DNA from: Mustelus asterias | Taxonomy: Eukaryota | Length of the DNA: 35,000 bases | Direction: 5' to 3' | Assembly: GCF_964213995.1 (NCBI RefSeq) | Contig: NW_027590847.1 | Span: forward strand, 124,001 to 159,000 | Translations under genes and position numbers: made by a program | The notes under the pieces: model-generated | The model's database searches: none | What the model saw: only the letters and a program-made list of their open reading frames with translations | What the model was told of the DNA's origin: nothing | Part shown: piece after piece, positions 32,780 to 35,000 of the stretch | Layout: each line of letters starts with the position of its first letter | How positions within the stretch are numbered: the stretch's first letter is position 1

Positions 32780-35000
32780 TCACTCACTGTTGTACACTTA
32801 CTCAGTCTCACACACATTACACACATACTCACTTTTACACACTCCCTCTTGCACACTTGCTCACACACACACTCACTCTCATAAACACTCGCTTTAACAC
32901 ACTCTCATCAACACACACATGAATACTCCCTCACACACACTCACATTCACTCACTTGCACGCACACACACTCTCTGTCTCTCACACACTCTCTCTGTCTC
33001 TCACACACTCTCTCTGTCTCTCACACACTTTCTGTCTCTCTCACACACACTCTCTGTCTCTCTCACACACACTCTCTGTCTCGCTCACACACACTCTGTC
33101 TCGCTCACACACACTCTGTCTCTCACACACTCTGTCTCTCACACACTCTGTCTCTCACACACTCTGTCTCTCACACACTCTGTCTCTCACACACTCTGTC
33201 TCTCACACACTCTCTGTCTCTCACACTCTCTGTCTCTCACACACTCTGTCTCTCACACACACACTCTGTCTCTCACACACACAGTCTGTCTCTCAAACAC
33301 ACAGTCTGTCTCTCACACACACTCTCTGTCTCGCTCACACACTCTCTGTCTCTCTCACACACACTCTCTGTCTCGCTCACACACACTCTCTGTCTCTCTC
33401 ACACACTCTCTGTCTCGCTCACACACTCTCTGTCTCTCTCACACACACTCTCTGTCTCTCACACACACACTCTCTGTCTCTCACACACACTCTGTCTCAC
33501 ACACACTCTGTCTCTCACACACACTCTCTGTCTCTCTCACATACACTCTCTGTCGCTCACACACACTCTCTGTCTCGCTCACACACACTCTCTGTCTCGC
33601 TCACACACACTCTCTGTCTCGCTCACACACACTCTCTGTCTCTCACACACACACTCTCTGTCTCACACACACTCTCTGTCTCACACACACTCTCTGTCTC
33701 ACACACACTCTCTGTCTCACACACACTCTCTGTCTCTCACACACTCTCTGTCTCTCACACACTCTCTGTCTCTCACACACACTCTCTGTCGCTCACACAC
33801 ACTATCTGTCTCGCTCACACACTCTCTGTCTCGCTCACACACTCTCTGTCTCGCTCACACACACTCTGTCTCTCACACACACACTCTGTCTCTCACACAC
33901 ACTCTCTGTCTCTCACACACACTCTCTGTCTCTCACACACACTCTCTGTCTCTCACACACACTCTCTGTCTCTCACACACACTCTCTGTCTCTCACACAC
34001 ACTCTCTGTCTCTCACACACACTCTCTGTCTCTCACACACACTCTCTGTCTCTCACACACACTCTCTGTCTCTCACACACACTCTCTGTCTCGCTCACGC
34101 ACACTCTCTGTCTCTCTCACACACACTCTGTCTCTCACACACACTCTCTGTCTCTCACACACACTCTCTGTCTCGCTCACACTCTCTGTCTCTCACACAC
34201 ACTCTCTGTCTCTCACACACACTCTCTGTCTCGCTCACGCACACTCTGTCTCTCTCACACTCACTCTCTGTCTCTCACGCACACTATCTGTCTCGCTCAC
34301 ACAAACTCTCTGTCTCGCTCACACAAACTCTCTGTCTCGCTCACACACTCTCTGTCTCGCTCACACACTCTGTCTCTCTCACACACACTCTCTGTCTCTC
34401 ACACACACTCTCTGTCTCTCACACACACTCTCTGTCTCTCACACACACTCTCTGTCTCTCACACACACTCTCTGTCTCTCACACACACTCTCTGTCTCTC
34501 ACACACACTCTCTGTCTCTCACACACACTCTCTGTCTCTCACACACACTCTCTGTCTCGCTCACACACACTCTGTCTCGCTCACACACACTCTGTCTCGC
34601 TCACACACTCTCTGTCTCGCTCACACACTCTCTGTCTCGCTCACACACACTCTGTCTCGCTCACACACACTCTGTCTCGCTCACACACACTCTGTCTCGC
34701 TCACACACACTCTGTCTCGCTCACACACACTCTGTCTCGCTCACACACACTCTGTCTCGCTCACACACACTCTGTCTCGCTCACACACACTCTGTCTCGC
34801 TCACACACACTCTGTCTCGCTCACACACACTCTGTCTCGCTCACACACACTCTGTCTCGCTCACACACACTCTGTCTCGCTCACACACACTCTGTCTCGC
34901 TCACACACACTCTGTCTCGCTCACACACACTCTCTGTCTCTCTCACACACACACTCTCTGTCTCTCACACACACACACTCTCTGTCTCTCACACACACTC
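32780..35000. repeat. Compound (TC)n(AC)n satellite, 16-22-bp units such as TCTGTCTCGCTCACACACAC
   Basis: Direct inspection; continues to the window end. Confidence 0.97.

Overview
Vertebrate genomic DNA, very probably from a cartilaginous fish (shark), judged from HE1-like tRNA-derived SINEs, CR1-type LINE fragments and a shark-type GPR139-like GPCR remnant. The left 3 kb holds two minus-strand T-cell receptor alpha/delta-type V segments. One is intact, with leader exon, V exon, an RSS with a 24-nt spacer and a CTCF-like site just downstream. The other is truncated in FR3 by a C-rich 15-mer repeat. No further V segments occur to the right, so this looks like the 5' edge of a TCR V cluster. 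Next come a GPCR pseudogene exon, a 94-nt hairpin, and a 45-copy 56-bp minisatellite with the RAG heptamer CACAGTG in every unit. At 11.3-11.7 kb a strong TATA/Inr promoter with small spliced exons runs into assembly gaps and Pro/Cys-codon-rich repeats. The right half is a mosaic of local segmental duplications. It includes a minus-strand array of four near-identical 102-nt phase-2 symmetric exon-like modules with intact splice sites and a single open frame, which the ORF track misses, plus two diverged copies. The window ends in a >2 kb (TC)n(AC)n satellite. Several N gaps and homopolymer-rich stretches limit interpretation.
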